The translations under genes and the position numbers were made by a program. Below are positions 32,137 through 41,260 of a DNA stretch of 64,000 nucleotides, piece after piece (position 1 is the first letter of the stretch; each line of letters begins with the position of its first letter). Location of the stretch: NCBI GenBank assembly GCA_964576115.1, contig CAZNUA010000009.1, positions 20,364-84,363 of the forward strand, written 5' to 3'. The notes below the pieces were generated by a model. It did not search any database, was not told the DNA's origin, and saw nothing but the letters and a program-made list of their open reading frames with translations. Source of the DNA: an uncultured Gemmatimonadota bacterium (GTDB lineage Bacteria > Blakebacterota > Blakebacteria > Blakebacterales > Blakebacteraceae).

Positions 32137-32921
32137 CACTTCCTTTCCTGGAGTCCGCCCGGCTGGAGCAGAGCAGCCAGGATGGCGTTGGTCTTCTGAA
32201 GTTCGCTTCCCGTGATGTCGTAGAGGTCCTGGTAGGCCAGGGTGAGGTTGGCCAGGCCGTTGCGCAGGGAGGTGAAATCGGTTGCAAAGGCGTTGTCCAC
32301 GGCGGTCAGAAGCGACTCGGTCAGGCGGGCGTCCCGCCCGTCGAGTTCCTCCTGCAGGGTGGCCAGCAGAAGCTGGCGGTCACGGGCCCGGGTGTTCTGT
32401 ACCAGGTCGGTCATGTATCCGGCCATTTCCTGCATGGCCAGGGTGAACTCCTCGCGGCTCACCGGGACGATCTCCTCCCCGGCGTTTGCCTCGGTCTGAG
32501 CCATTTGGGTCGCTTCGCTGACGGATCGCGGACCGAAGCCCACCTGCAGGACACCTTCGGGGGTGACCTGGAAGCGGACGGTCGCGGCCGCGATCACGAT
32601 GACGATCACCCCGGCCGCCATCGCCAGGGCCGGGCGCAGCAGGGCGCCGGCGCCCCGGGAACCGAATTCGCTCAGGCGGCGCCACAGGCGGGCCGCCCCG
32701 CGATCGGTGTCGGTTTCGGCGACGTAGACGATCCGGGGGGCGTTGGTCACGTTCGGCCAGGCGGCCAGCATGTCGCGGGTGCCGAGGAGTTCCTCGTACG
32801 CCTGGCGGCATTCGGCACACTCGGCCAGGTGGGCCCGGGCCGCGGCCAGTTCGGTCGGATCTCCATCCTCGTAGAGGAGAGAGATCAACATTTCTTCCCG
32901 GTTCTCACAGGTGGCGTTCAT
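32136..32921 (-). CDS. ZAS (zf-HC2) anti-sigma factor with one TM helix
   Basis: HLAECAEC (HxxxCxxC), TM segment LAMAAGVIVIVIAAA, ATGA overlap with the sigma gene. Confidence 0.88.
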   Translation of the reverse strand: MNATCENREEMLISLLYEDGDPTELAAARAHLAECAECRQAYEELLGTRDMLAAWPNVTNAPRIVYVAETDTDRGAARLWRRLSEFGSRGAGALLRPALAMAAGVIVIVIAAATVRFQVTPEGVLQVGFGPRSVSEATQMAQTEANAGEEIVPVSREEFTLAMQEMAGYMTDLVQNTRARDRQLLLATLQEELDGRDARLTESLLTAVDNAFATDFTSLRNGLANLTLAYQDLYDITGSELQKTNAILAALLQPGGLQERK

Positions 32922-33622
32922 GACATTCCTCCGCTGCCCGGCATACCGAACAGGCCGGTTCGCTCCAGGCTCTCCCGCATCGACCGCAGGGCGTGGTAGA
33001 GGCGGGACTTGACCGTCCCCTCGGGGACATCGAGAACGTCGGCGATCTCGCGGAAGGTGAGTTCCTGGTATTCCTTGAGCAGGATCACGATCCGCTGTTC
33101 CTCGGGCAGAGCGCTGAGCAGCCGGCGGACGGTTTCTTCTCGCTCGGCCGTCAGGAGCTCGGCATCGGTGCGGGCCCCGTTATCGGCGACCCGGTCCTGG
33201 ACGTACACCGTCTCCCCCGCGGCGTTGGCGTACGCATCCTGCAGGGACACCATCGGCAGTCGTTTGCGCTTCAGGTGATCCTTGCAGAGGTTGACGGCGA
33301 TTCGGTACAGCCAGGTACTGAAACTGCCCTGGTGCGTGTACCGGGCGATCGATTTCAAGACCCGCATGAAGGTGTCCTGGACCAGATCTTCGGCCAGGGT
33401 CGCGTCCCCCACGTACTTGTAAATGAAGTTGTACAGGGGCTTCTCCCACCTCCAGACGAGCAGGTTGAAGGCGGCGGCATCCCCCTCGCGGCAGGCCGCG
33501 ATCATGCGGGCTTCTTCCGCCGAGCCGCCTTCGATCCGGTGCACGCTCAACGCTTCAGTGGCTGCGCCCATGTTCTCGCTCGTGCTCGGGGTTTGGTTGC
33601 TTTCTCTCTTCATTGCTCTCAA
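32918..33622 (-). CDS. ECF RNA polymerase sigma factor
   Basis: Region 2 AEDLVQDTF..FSTWLYRIAVN; region 4 LTFREIADVLDVPEGTVKSRLYHA. Exact start uncertain. Confidence 0.95.
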   Translation of the reverse strand: MRAMKRESNQTPSTSENMGAATEALSVHRIEGGSAEEARMIAACREGDAAAFNLLVWRWEKPLYNFIYKYVGDATLAEDLVQDTFMRVLKSIARYTHQGSFSTWLYRIAVNLCKDHLKRKRLPMVSLQDAYANAAGETVYVQDRVADNGARTDAELLTAEREETVRRLLSALPEEQRIVILLKEYQELTFREIADVLDVPEGTVKSRLYHALRSMRESLERTGLFGMPGSGGMS

Positions 33623-33819
33623 ACGATTTCGGCCCGTGATAGTTGAGGAAAAATGGCGGTCTTCATTCTCGGCTTACCGGCGGGCAAAGAAAAGCCCGAT
33701 CGGAGATCGGAGTAGGGTGGCAGAACGCCGAACGGGTGCATACCTTGCACCGCAGAGGTATCTGCCGGCCGTGCCCATCATCACAGATTCCCCACGGGAT
33801 CTGAACCAGGAGCCGTGAT

Positions 33820-35145
33820 ATGCCCGAAGTGTCCCCGGCCGACGTCCACGCCGTCTTAGCCAAACACATGCTGGTGGATGGGTACCCGCTGGTTCTCGAT
33901 CTGGAGCACAGCACGCCCTTCGTCATCCGTGACGCCCGAAACGGCACAGAGTATCTGGATTTCTTCACCTATTTCGCCTCTTCCCCCTTCGGGACCAACC
34001 ATCCCGACCTCACCGCGCCCGAATTCGTGGAAAGAATCGGCCGGGTGGCGGTCAACAAACCCAGCAACTCCGATCTGTATACGGTCGAGATGGCCGGGCT
34101 GGTCGATATCATGTCGCGGGTGTGCATTCCCGACTACCTGCCCCACCTCTTTTTCGTTTCCGGCGGAGCCCTGGCGGTCGAGAACGCCCTGAAGGTGGCC
34201 TTCGACTGGAAAGTGCGCCGCAACCTGGCGGCGGGTACAGCCGGTGACGAGACAAATCCCAAGGGCAGCCGGGTGCTTCATTTCACCCACGCCTTTCACG
34301 GCCGCACGGGTTACACCATGAGCCTCACCAACACCGCCGATCCGCGTAAATACATGTACTTCCCCCGTTTCGACTGGCCCCGGGTCGAACCGCCGATCCT
34401 GCACTTCCCCGTCGACGACGGTCTGGCCGAGATCAACGACACCTCCGCACTCGAGGCGGTCGAAGCCGCGCTGGCCGCCGACCCCGATGACGTGGCCGCC
34501 CTGATCATCGAGCCGATCCAGGCCGAGGGCGGGGACAACCACTTCACGGCGCGCTTCCTGCAGGGACTGCGCGAACTCTGCGACGCCTACGACGTCATCT
34601 ACGTCATGGACGAGGTGCAGACCGGCATGGGTCTGACCGGCCGCATGTGGTGCCACCAGCATTTCGCCGACGCCCGTCCCGACATCATCGCTTTCGGCAA
34701 GAAAGCGCAGGTGTGCGGGATCATGGCCGGGCCGCGGATCGACGAGGTCGCCGGCAACTGTTTCGAGGAGTCGAGCCGCATCAATTCCACCTGGGGCGGC
34801 AATCTGGTCGACATGGTGCGCTTTGCGCGCATCCTCGAGATCATCGAACGCGACTCCCTGGTCGAGAATGCCCGCACCGCGGGTGACTACCTGCTCGAAC
34901 GGCTGCGTGAACTCGACGAGGAATTCGATCAGGTCTCCAACGTGCGCGGCCTCGGGCTGATGTGCGCTTTCAGCCTGCCCGACGCCGGAGTGCGCGACGC
35001 CGTCTTGCAGGGCGCCATGGCCGAAGGTATGCTCATCCTCGGCTGCGGAGAGAACTCGGTGCGATTCCGCCCGCCGCTGCAGACCACCCCCGAGCACGTC
35101 GATGCGGGTATCGACGTTCTCAGGAGGGTCCTCGCCGCGCTCTGA
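33820..35145 (+). CDS. lat: L-lysine 6-transaminase (class III PLP aminotransferase)
   Basis: HMLVDG..LVLDL, NKPSNSDLYT, FFVSGGALAVENALKVAFDWK, AFHGRTGYT, DEVQTG, FGKKAQVCG, RINSTWGGN. Confidence 0.88.
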   Translation: MPEVSPADVHAVLAKHMLVDGYPLVLDLEHSTPFVIRDARNGTEYLDFFTYFASSPFGTNHPDLTAPEFVERIGRVAVNKPSNSDLYTVEMAGLVDIMSRVCIPDYLPHLFFVSGGALAVENALKVAFDWKVRRNLAAGTAGDETNPKGSRVLHFTHAFHGRTGYTMSLTNTADPRKYMYFPRFDWPRVEPPILHFPVDDGLAEINDTSALEAVEAALAADPDDVAALIIEPIQAEGGDNHFTARFLQGLRELCDAYDVIYVMDEVQTGMGLTGRMWCHQHFADARPDIIAFGKKAQVCGIMAGPRIDEVAGNCFEESSRINSTWGGNLVDMVRFARILEIIERDSLVENARTAGDYLLERLRELDEEFDQVSNVRGLGLMCAFSLPDAGVRDAVLQGAMAEGMLILGCGENSVRFRPPLQTTPEHVDAGIDVLRRVLAAL

Positions 35146-35165
35146 GTCCCCCCGGGGAGAACCCG

Positions 35166-36212
35166 ATGAAGAGGCGTTTCTGGAGACAGGAGACCGACGC
35201 CGATATCACGGCCCTGCGTCTGGAGCATTTCTCGGCCGTGCTCGAGACCCTGCTCGTCTTCGCGGTCTTCTACCTCATCCAGCAGCTCCTGGCGACCCAG
35301 GACTTTTTCGAGCGGACTCTGGCCATGCCGGGCACCGTCGGCCATCTCTCGACCCATCTGGGCTGGATCGTGGCGACGGTGCTGGGGCTCTTCGCTCTGC
35401 CCCTGTTCCTGCGGTGGTTCGTCGGTTCCTGGACTCTGCCCGATTTCGGTTTCCGGACCCGACCGGGGCGGCGCGACGTGGCCCTGGCCGCCTATCTCGG
35501 CTGCCTGCTCGGATTCTGGTTCGCGATCGGTTTCGCCCTCAGGCCCGAGGCCGTCACCGGCGCCCGGGCCTTACTGACCGTCCGCGATCCCGCGGATGCC
35601 GTGGTCTACATCCTGTACGTCGCGCCCTTCGTAGCCGCTCTGCGGGGCGAGTTCTTCTACCGCGGCTACGTGCAGAACCTGCTCATGCGTGAGTACGGTA
35701 TTTCGTGGGGAACCCTGCTGGGGTTGATCTTCTTCTGTTTCAGCTTCTTCTGGATCGGCTGGACCCACGTGGCCGCTCTGCTCCTGCCGACCGGTTTCGG
35801 GGCGGCCATTCTCTTCAACCGCCGCCGGAGCGTGTGGGGTCCCTTCATCTACCACGCCCTGGTGTTCGTGCTCGGTTTTGCAGCTTTCGCCCTGCTCGAA
35901 CTGACCCGCTCCGGATACACGCTCTTCACCGCCGGACTGGGGCTTGCGGTGGTGCTCTGGACCATGCGGATGATCGTTCCGCTCCAGGTGCTCTGGCGCG
36001 ACATCAAGCGTTTTTTCAACGGGCTGCGTTCGAACTGGATCCGCAACGGAATCATCGCCGTTTCCTATGCCGGAGCGGTTCTGCTGCTCTGGCGCACGGC
36101 GCACACCAACTTGCAGGCGCATACGGTCTTCACCGTTATCCTGGCGGCCGTCTGCCTGATCTACAAACTGAGTCAGCGCTACTTCGAGCTCAGACGCGTG
36201 CTCGAATACTGA
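35166..36212 (+). CDS. CPBP/Abi (CAAX protease-like) membrane protein with degenerate motifs
   Basis: Polytopic; GEFFYRGYVQ at the EExxxR position; YHAL at motif 4. Confidence 0.65.
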   Translation: MKRRFWRQETDADITALRLEHFSAVLETLLVFAVFYLIQQLLATQDFFERTLAMPGTVGHLSTHLGWIVATVLGLFALPLFLRWFVGSWTLPDFGFRTRPGRRDVALAAYLGCLLGFWFAIGFALRPEAVTGARALLTVRDPADAVVYILYVAPFVAALRGEFFYRGYVQNLLMREYGISWGTLLGLIFFCFSFFWIGWTHVAALLLPTGFGAAILFNRRRSVWGPFIYHALVFVLGFAAFALLELTRSGYTLFTAGLGLAVVLWTMRMIVPLQVLWRDIKRFFNGLRSNWIRNGIIAVSYAGAVLLLWRTAHTNLQAHTVFTVILAAVCLIYKLSQRYFELRRVLEY

Positions 36213-36332
36213 TCGATCGTTCCCCCTGACGCCCCCCGGCTGTGCCCCCCGAACCCCCGTACTGCGTCCCGCGCCTTCGAGTTCTCGGGCGCAGATACCC
36301 GCCCCCGCCGACCGCTCCCCGTGGAGGTATCC

Positions 36333-37031
36333 ATGTCCGATCCGGTCGTGCACACTCCTCTGAGCCAATGGCCCACGGGCGAGGGGCCGCGCGAGCGCCT
36401 GCTCGCGCACGGTCCCGCCTCGCTCTCGACCGCCCAGCTTCTGGCGGTGCTGCTGCGTACCGGCGGCCGGCGGGGTCAGACCGCTCTGGAACTCGCTCGC
36501 CGGGTCATCGCCCATTTCGGCGGCCTGGCCGAGCTGGCCCATGCAGGTCCCGAGGAGCTGCAGGCGATCCCCGGCGTCGGTCCCGCCGGAGCGGCCGCCG
36601 TCGCCGCCGCCCTGGAACTTGCCCGCCGCGCCGATCCCGCCGACCGCCGCCGCCGGCCGGTCTTCGCCTCGGCCGCCGAGGCCGCGCACTGGCTCATGCC
36701 GCGCCTGGCCCATCTGCGCAAGGAGCACTTCGTGGCTCTGCTCCTGGACGGCAAGAACCGGCTCATCCGGCAGGTGCGTATCTCCGAGGGCAGTCTCTCC
36801 TCCTCGATCGTGCATCCCCGCGAAGCCTTTCTGCCGGCGGTGCGGGCTTCGGCTGCAGCGGTGATCTTCGCGCACAACCATCCCTCGGGAGATCCCGGCC
36901 CGAGCCGGGAGGATCTGAGCGTTACCGAGCAGCTCCGTCAGGCCGGAGGCATCCTCGGCATCGCCGTGCTGGATCATATCATTATCGGCGCCGGCGAGTT
37001 CTACAGCCTGGCTCAGAACGGACGGCTCTGA
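36333..37031 (+). CDS. radC: RadC/UPF0758 JAB-domain protein
   Basis: PRERLL, HhH GVGPA, VHPRE, HNHPSGDPGPSRED, LDHIIIG; SD GGAGGT. Confidence 0.95.
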   Translation: MSDPVVHTPLSQWPTGEGPRERLLAHGPASLSTAQLLAVLLRTGGRRGQTALELARRVIAHFGGLAELAHAGPEELQAIPGVGPAGAAAVAAALELARRADPADRRRRPVFASAAEAAHWLMPRLAHLRKEHFVALLLDGKNRLIRQVRISEGSLSSSIVHPREAFLPAVRASAAAVIFAHNHPSGDPGPSREDLSVTEQLRQAGGILGIAVLDHIIIGAGEFYSLAQNGRL

Positions 37032-37131
37032 AACCGCGGGTAAGGGGGTTGATGCGGGCCGGTGAAAGGAGCATCTTTCCGGAGCCGGAACTCTGCCGGG
37101 ACCACCAGCACAGAAGAGGAGCTGACTCATC

Positions 37132-38625
37132 ATGAGCACCCAGTATCAGAACTACATCGGTGGCGCGTGGGTCGACGCTCTCGGAGGCCAGACCTTCGAG
37201 AACCGGAACCCCGCCGACTGGGAAGAGGTCATCGGGCTTTTTCCGAAGTCGACCAAAGAGGATGTCGACCGGGCCGTCAAGGCCGCCTGGGAGGCCCAGA
37301 AAGAGTGGCGCAAGGTACCGGTACCGATTCGCGGTGCCATCATGCAGAAAGCAGCGGATCTGCTCGCCGAGCGCAAAGAGGACTATGCCCGTGACATGAC
37401 CCGCGAGATGGGCAAGGTTCTCGATGAAACCCGTGGCGACATCCAGGAAGCCATCGATACCGGCTACTACGCCGGCGGCGAGGGTCGGCGCTTCTTCGGT
37501 CACACCGTACCGAGCGAAATGCGCGACAAGGTGGCCTTCACGGTCCACCTGCCGATGGGGGTGGTCGGGGTTATCTGCCCCTGGAATTTCCCCATGGCGA
37601 TCCCCTCGTGGAAGATCTTCCCCGCCCTGCTGGCCGGGAACGCGGTGGTCTTCAAGCCCGCCAGCGATGTACCCCTCTCGAGTCACAATTTCGTGCAGAC
37701 CCTGATCGACGCCGGCGTACCGCCGGGAGTCGTTAACCTGACCCACGGCACCGGGGGAAGCGTGGGAGGGCCGATCATCGAGCACCCCGACATCCGGGCG
37801 CTCTCCTTTACCGGCTCGACCGAAGTGGGCAAGTCCCTGGCCCGGTCCGCGACCGACAACCTGAAGCGGGTCAGCCTCGAGCTGGGCGGCAAGAACGCCC
37901 AGATCGTCTGGGCCGACGCCGATCTGAACCTGGCTCTGGAGGGCGTGCTCTGGGGCGCCTTCGGTACCACCGGTCAGCGTTGCACCGCCACCAGCCGCCT
38001 GATCCTGCACGCCGATATCCACGACGAGTTCGTCGAGATGCTTACCGCCGCCACCGAAGCCCTGACGGTCGGCAACGGCCTGGAGCCAGACGTACAGGTC
38101 GGCCCGGTGATCAACGAAGGCCAGCTCAAGATCGACGACGATTACGTGAAGATCGGCCAGGAAGAGGGCGCCACCCTGGTGACCGGCGGCCAGATCCTCT
38201 CCGACGGCATCCATGCCAAGGGCTTCTTTTACGCCCCGACCATTTTCACCGGCGTGACACCCGAGATGCGGATCGCCAAGGAAGAAATCTTCGGCCCGGT
38301 GCTCTCGGTTCTGAAAGTCTCGAGCTGGGACGAAGCCGTGGCGGTTCACAACAACACCAGCTACGGGCTGTCCTCGGCGTTCTACACCAACGATCTCAAC
38401 CTCTCGTGGCACGCCGTGGACGAACTCGAAGCCGGGATCACCTACATCAACGCCCCCACAATCGGGGCCGAGTGCCACCTGCCCTTCGGCGGTGTGAAGG
38501 AGACCGGCAACGGCCACCGCGAGGGAGGATGGGGACCGTACGAGTTCTTCACCGAGAACAAAACGGTCTACGTCGATTATTCGGGGGCCCTGCAACGGGC
38601 TCAGATCGACACCGAAGAGGCCTGA
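37132..38625 (+). CDS. NAD(P)-dependent aldehyde dehydrogenase (possibly aminoadipate-semialdehyde/P6C dehydrogenase)
   Basis: PWNFP, FKPAS, FTGSTEVG, ELGGKN, GQRCTA, EEIFGPV. Substrate is inferred from the nearby lat. Confidence 0.9.
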   Translation: MSTQYQNYIGGAWVDALGGQTFENRNPADWEEVIGLFPKSTKEDVDRAVKAAWEAQKEWRKVPVPIRGAIMQKAADLLAERKEDYARDMTREMGKVLDETRGDIQEAIDTGYYAGGEGRRFFGHTVPSEMRDKVAFTVHLPMGVVGVICPWNFPMAIPSWKIFPALLAGNAVVFKPASDVPLSSHNFVQTLIDAGVPPGVVNLTHGTGGSVGGPIIEHPDIRALSFTGSTEVGKSLARSATDNLKRVSLELGGKNAQIVWADADLNLALEGVLWGAFGTTGQRCTATSRLILHADIHDEFVEMLTAATEALTVGNGLEPDVQVGPVINEGQLKIDDDYVKIGQEEGATLVTGGQILSDGIHAKGFFYAPTIFTGVTPEMRIAKEEIFGPVLSVLKVSSWDEAVAVHNNTSYGLSSAFYTNDLNLSWHAVDELEAGITYINAPTIGAECHLPFGGVKETGNGHREGGWGPYEFFTENKTVYVDYSGALQRAQIDTEEA

Positions 38626-38640
38626 GCGAGGGCCCGGCGG

Positions 38641-39681
38641 GTGGCGGAAGCGCCTGTAGCGGGAGAGCATACGGCGGGAACGCAAGGAGGAGAAGCGCGG
38701 ACCGTCCTGGCATCCGTGACAGCCAATCCCGCCCGTCTCGCCGAACTCGAGCAGAGGGTGTCACAGGTCTCTCTGGAGACCGGGCACCCCCTGAGTCTGG
38801 TCGCCACCCGCGAGTCCACAGAGGTCCGTACGGTTCTGCCCGAGGCCGCGATTCTGCTCACCTACCGCTTCGATCCCGACCAGCTGGCGGCCGCGACCGC
38901 ACTGGAGTGGATTCACTTCGGGGCCGCCGGTATCGAACACTCGATCTTCCCCGAACTGCTGCACAGCGGCGTGCGGATCACGACCGCCAAGGGCATCCAC
39001 GGCGATGTCATGGCCGAGTACGTCGTGATGGCGATCATCGCTCTGGCCACGGGATTGCCGCAGAGCGCAGCAGCCGCCCGCCGCCGGGAGTGGATCGGCC
39101 GGGAACTGCGACCGCTGCATCATTCGATCGCCGGGCGGCGTCTGCTCGTGCTCGGGCTGGGGCACGTCGGCCGGCCGATCGCCCGGCTGGCGGCCGCGCT
39201 GGGCATGAAAGTGCGCGGCGTCAGGCGCCGGGCGGGGGAGGGAATCCTGCCCGACGGAGTCGGATCGGTCCATACCCTGGCTGAACTCGATGACCTGCTG
39301 CCCGAGACCGACTACCTGGTCATCGCCATGCCCCGCACCTCCGAAACCAACCGCCTGCTCGACCGGCGGCGTCTGCTGGCTCTGCCGGCCGGGTCCGGAA
39401 TCGTCAACGTGGCTCGGGGCACTCTGATAGACGAAGCGGCTCTGATCGAGGTGCTCGATTCCGGTCACCTGCGGGGTGCCGTGCTCGACAGTTTCGCAAC
39501 CGAGCCTCTGCCGGCCGAGAGTCCCCTGTGGGAACATCCGCGGGCGATCGTCACTCCGCATATCGCGGGCAACTTTGATGACTACACTCGGCGGGTCATA
39601 GTACAGTTCTGCGAGAATCTGCGTCGGTACCTGACCGGCGCCGAACTGCTCAACCCCTACGATCCCGAGGGGGGGTACTGA
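38641..39681 (+). CDS. D-2-hydroxyacid dehydrogenase family protein
   Basis: GLGHVG, NVARG, LDSFATEPL, TPHIAG; start uncertain. Confidence 0.9.
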   Translation: MAEAPVAGEHTAGTQGGEARTVLASVTANPARLAELEQRVSQVSLETGHPLSLVATRESTEVRTVLPEAAILLTYRFDPDQLAAATALEWIHFGAAGIEHSIFPELLHSGVRITTAKGIHGDVMAEYVVMAIIALATGLPQSAAAARRREWIGRELRPLHHSIAGRRLLVLGLGHVGRPIARLAAALGMKVRGVRRRAGEGILPDGVGSVHTLAELDDLLPETDYLVIAMPRTSETNRLLDRRRLLALPAGSGIVNVARGTLIDEAALIEVLDSGHLRGAVLDSFATEPLPAESPLWEHPRAIVTPHIAGNFDDYTRRVIVQFCENLRRYLTGAELLNPYDPEGGY

Positions 39682-39769
39682 TGCGCCGACGCTCGTGTGC
39701 CGTTGCGGCCGGGGGGGCGGGCGCTGAAGAACCGCTTCGATTCGGGGACTGACGATCAGGGAGAATCAC

Positions 39770-41152
39770 GTGGAGTTCCCTTCTGAACCGTTCAAGATCA
39801 AGGTCGTGGAGCGGATCCGCATGACCACCCCCGCCGAGCGGGAGGACATTCTCCGCCAGGCGGGCTACAACCTCTTCATGGTCCGGGCCGAGGACTGTCA
39901 CATCGATCTGCTGACCGATTCGGGCACCTCGGCCATGAGTGACGAGCAGTGGGCGGGGATGATGCGCGGGGATGAATCCTATGCCTCGAGCCGCTCTTTT
40001 TTCCGCTTCGAGTCCGCGGTGCGCAATCTGACCGGTTTCGAACACATCATCCCGGCCCATCAGGGCCGGGCGGCGGAGAAGATCCTGTTCAGTATCCTCG
40101 GCGGACAGGAAAAGGTGGTGCCGAACAACACCCACTTCGATACTACCCGTGCCAATGTCGAGTACTCCGGCGCCCGGGCTCTCGATCTGCCGGTTCCCGA
40201 GGCCCGCGTGCCGGCCGCCGAACATCCCTTCAAGGGAAACATGGACCTGGAGGCGCTCGAACGGGTCATTGCCGAGGTCGGGATCGAGAATATCCCCCTG
40301 GTCATGATGACGCTGACCAACAACACCAGCGGCGGTCAGCCGGTCAGCCTGGAAAACCTGCGCGGGGTGCGGACGATCTGTGACGAGCACGGCATCCCCC
40401 TCTACCTCGATGCCTGCCGCTTCGCCGAGAACGCCTTCCTGATCAGGGAGCGGGAAGAGGGCATGGCTGACCGCTCGATCAGCGAAATCGCCCGGATGAT
40501 CTTCGACCTGGCCGACGGCTGTACCATGAGCGCCAAGAAGGACGGATTGGCCAACATCGGCGGATTCCTTTGCACCCGGGACGCCGAGCTGGCGACTCAG
40601 GCCCGCAACCTGCTGGTGCTGACCGAGGGTTTCCCCACCTACGGCGGACTGGCCGGGCGCGACCTCGAAGCGGTCGCTCAGGGCCTGGAAGAGGTGGTCC
40701 ACGAGGACTACCTGAGCTTTCGCATCAACCAGGTCCGCCACCTGGGCGAGATGGTGAGCCGGACGGGGGTGCCGATCATGAAGCCGGTGGGGGGACACGC
40801 GGTGTACCTCGATGCGCGGGCCATGCTGCCGCACATACCCTCGCTCGAATATCCCGGGCAGGCCCTGACCATCGAACTCTACCGGGAGGCCGGCGTCAGG
40901 GGAGTGGAGATCGGCAGCGTCATGTTCAGCCGGCGCGATCCCGAAACGGGGCGGGAACTCCCGGCCGACCTGGAGCTGGTCAGACTGGCCATCCCGAGGC
41001 GGGTCTACACCTGGAGCCACATCAACTACGTGGCCGAAGCCGTGATCCGGGTTCACGAGCGGCGCGAAGCCATCCGGGGGGTACGGATCGTCGAGCAGGC
41101 CCCGATGCTGCGGCACTTCACCGCCCGCTTCGAACCCTTAACCGATAAATAA
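39770..41152 (+). CDS. tnaA: Tryptophanase / tyrosine phenol-lyase family beta-eliminating lyase
   Basis: EPFKIKVVE, IDLLTDSG, HQGRAAE, HFDTTRA, MSAKKDG, PTYGGLAGRD, RLAIPRRVYT. Trp versus Tyr specificity cannot be resolved by eye. Confidence 0.85.
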   Translation: MEFPSEPFKIKVVERIRMTTPAEREDILRQAGYNLFMVRAEDCHIDLLTDSGTSAMSDEQWAGMMRGDESYASSRSFFRFESAVRNLTGFEHIIPAHQGRAAEKILFSILGGQEKVVPNNTHFDTTRANVEYSGARALDLPVPEARVPAAEHPFKGNMDLEALERVIAEVGIENIPLVMMTLTNNTSGGQPVSLENLRGVRTICDEHGIPLYLDACRFAENAFLIREREEGMADRSISEIARMIFDLADGCTMSAKKDGLANIGGFLCTRDAELATQARNLLVLTEGFPTYGGLAGRDLEAVAQGLEEVVHEDYLSFRINQVRHLGEMVSRTGVPIMKPVGGHAVYLDARAMLPHIPSLEYPGQALTIELYREAGVRGVEIGSVMFSRRDPETGRELPADLELVRLAIPRRVYTWSHINYVAEAVIRVHERREAIRGVRIVEQAPMLRHFTARFEPLTDK

Positions 41153-41171
41153 AGCTCGGGTGACATACGTT

Positions 41172-41200
41172 TTGTAAGAGAAGGAGGGCGCGGGTATATT
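41172..41200 (+). promoter_or_regulatory. Sigma70-type promoter for the TPR gene
   Basis: TTGTAA (41172-41177), 17 nt, TATATT (41195-41200) in an AT-rich gap. Confidence 0.5.
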
Positions 41201-41260
41201 GGGAGCTTTCCGAGGCCCGGAAGCACGTGTCTCCGATACCCGAAACCCGCGTGATTGACA

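Noticed and set aside
33675-33720. c-di-GMP-I or lysine riboswitch upstream of lat
   Set aside because: GGGCAAA and AAAGCC fragments are present but the intervening P2/GNRA stem is missing; no lysine-riboswitch consensus blocks seen.
36250-36263. Cheo-type SOS box (GAAC-N4-GTAC) upstream of radC
   Set aside because: One arm mismatched and the CCCC centre does not fit; expected by chance in GC-rich DNA.
39681-39752. Small ORF upstream of tnaA as a TnaC leader peptide
   Set aside because: It reads MRRRSCAVAAGGAGAEEPLRFGD with no Trp and no terminal Pro, both essential in TnaC.
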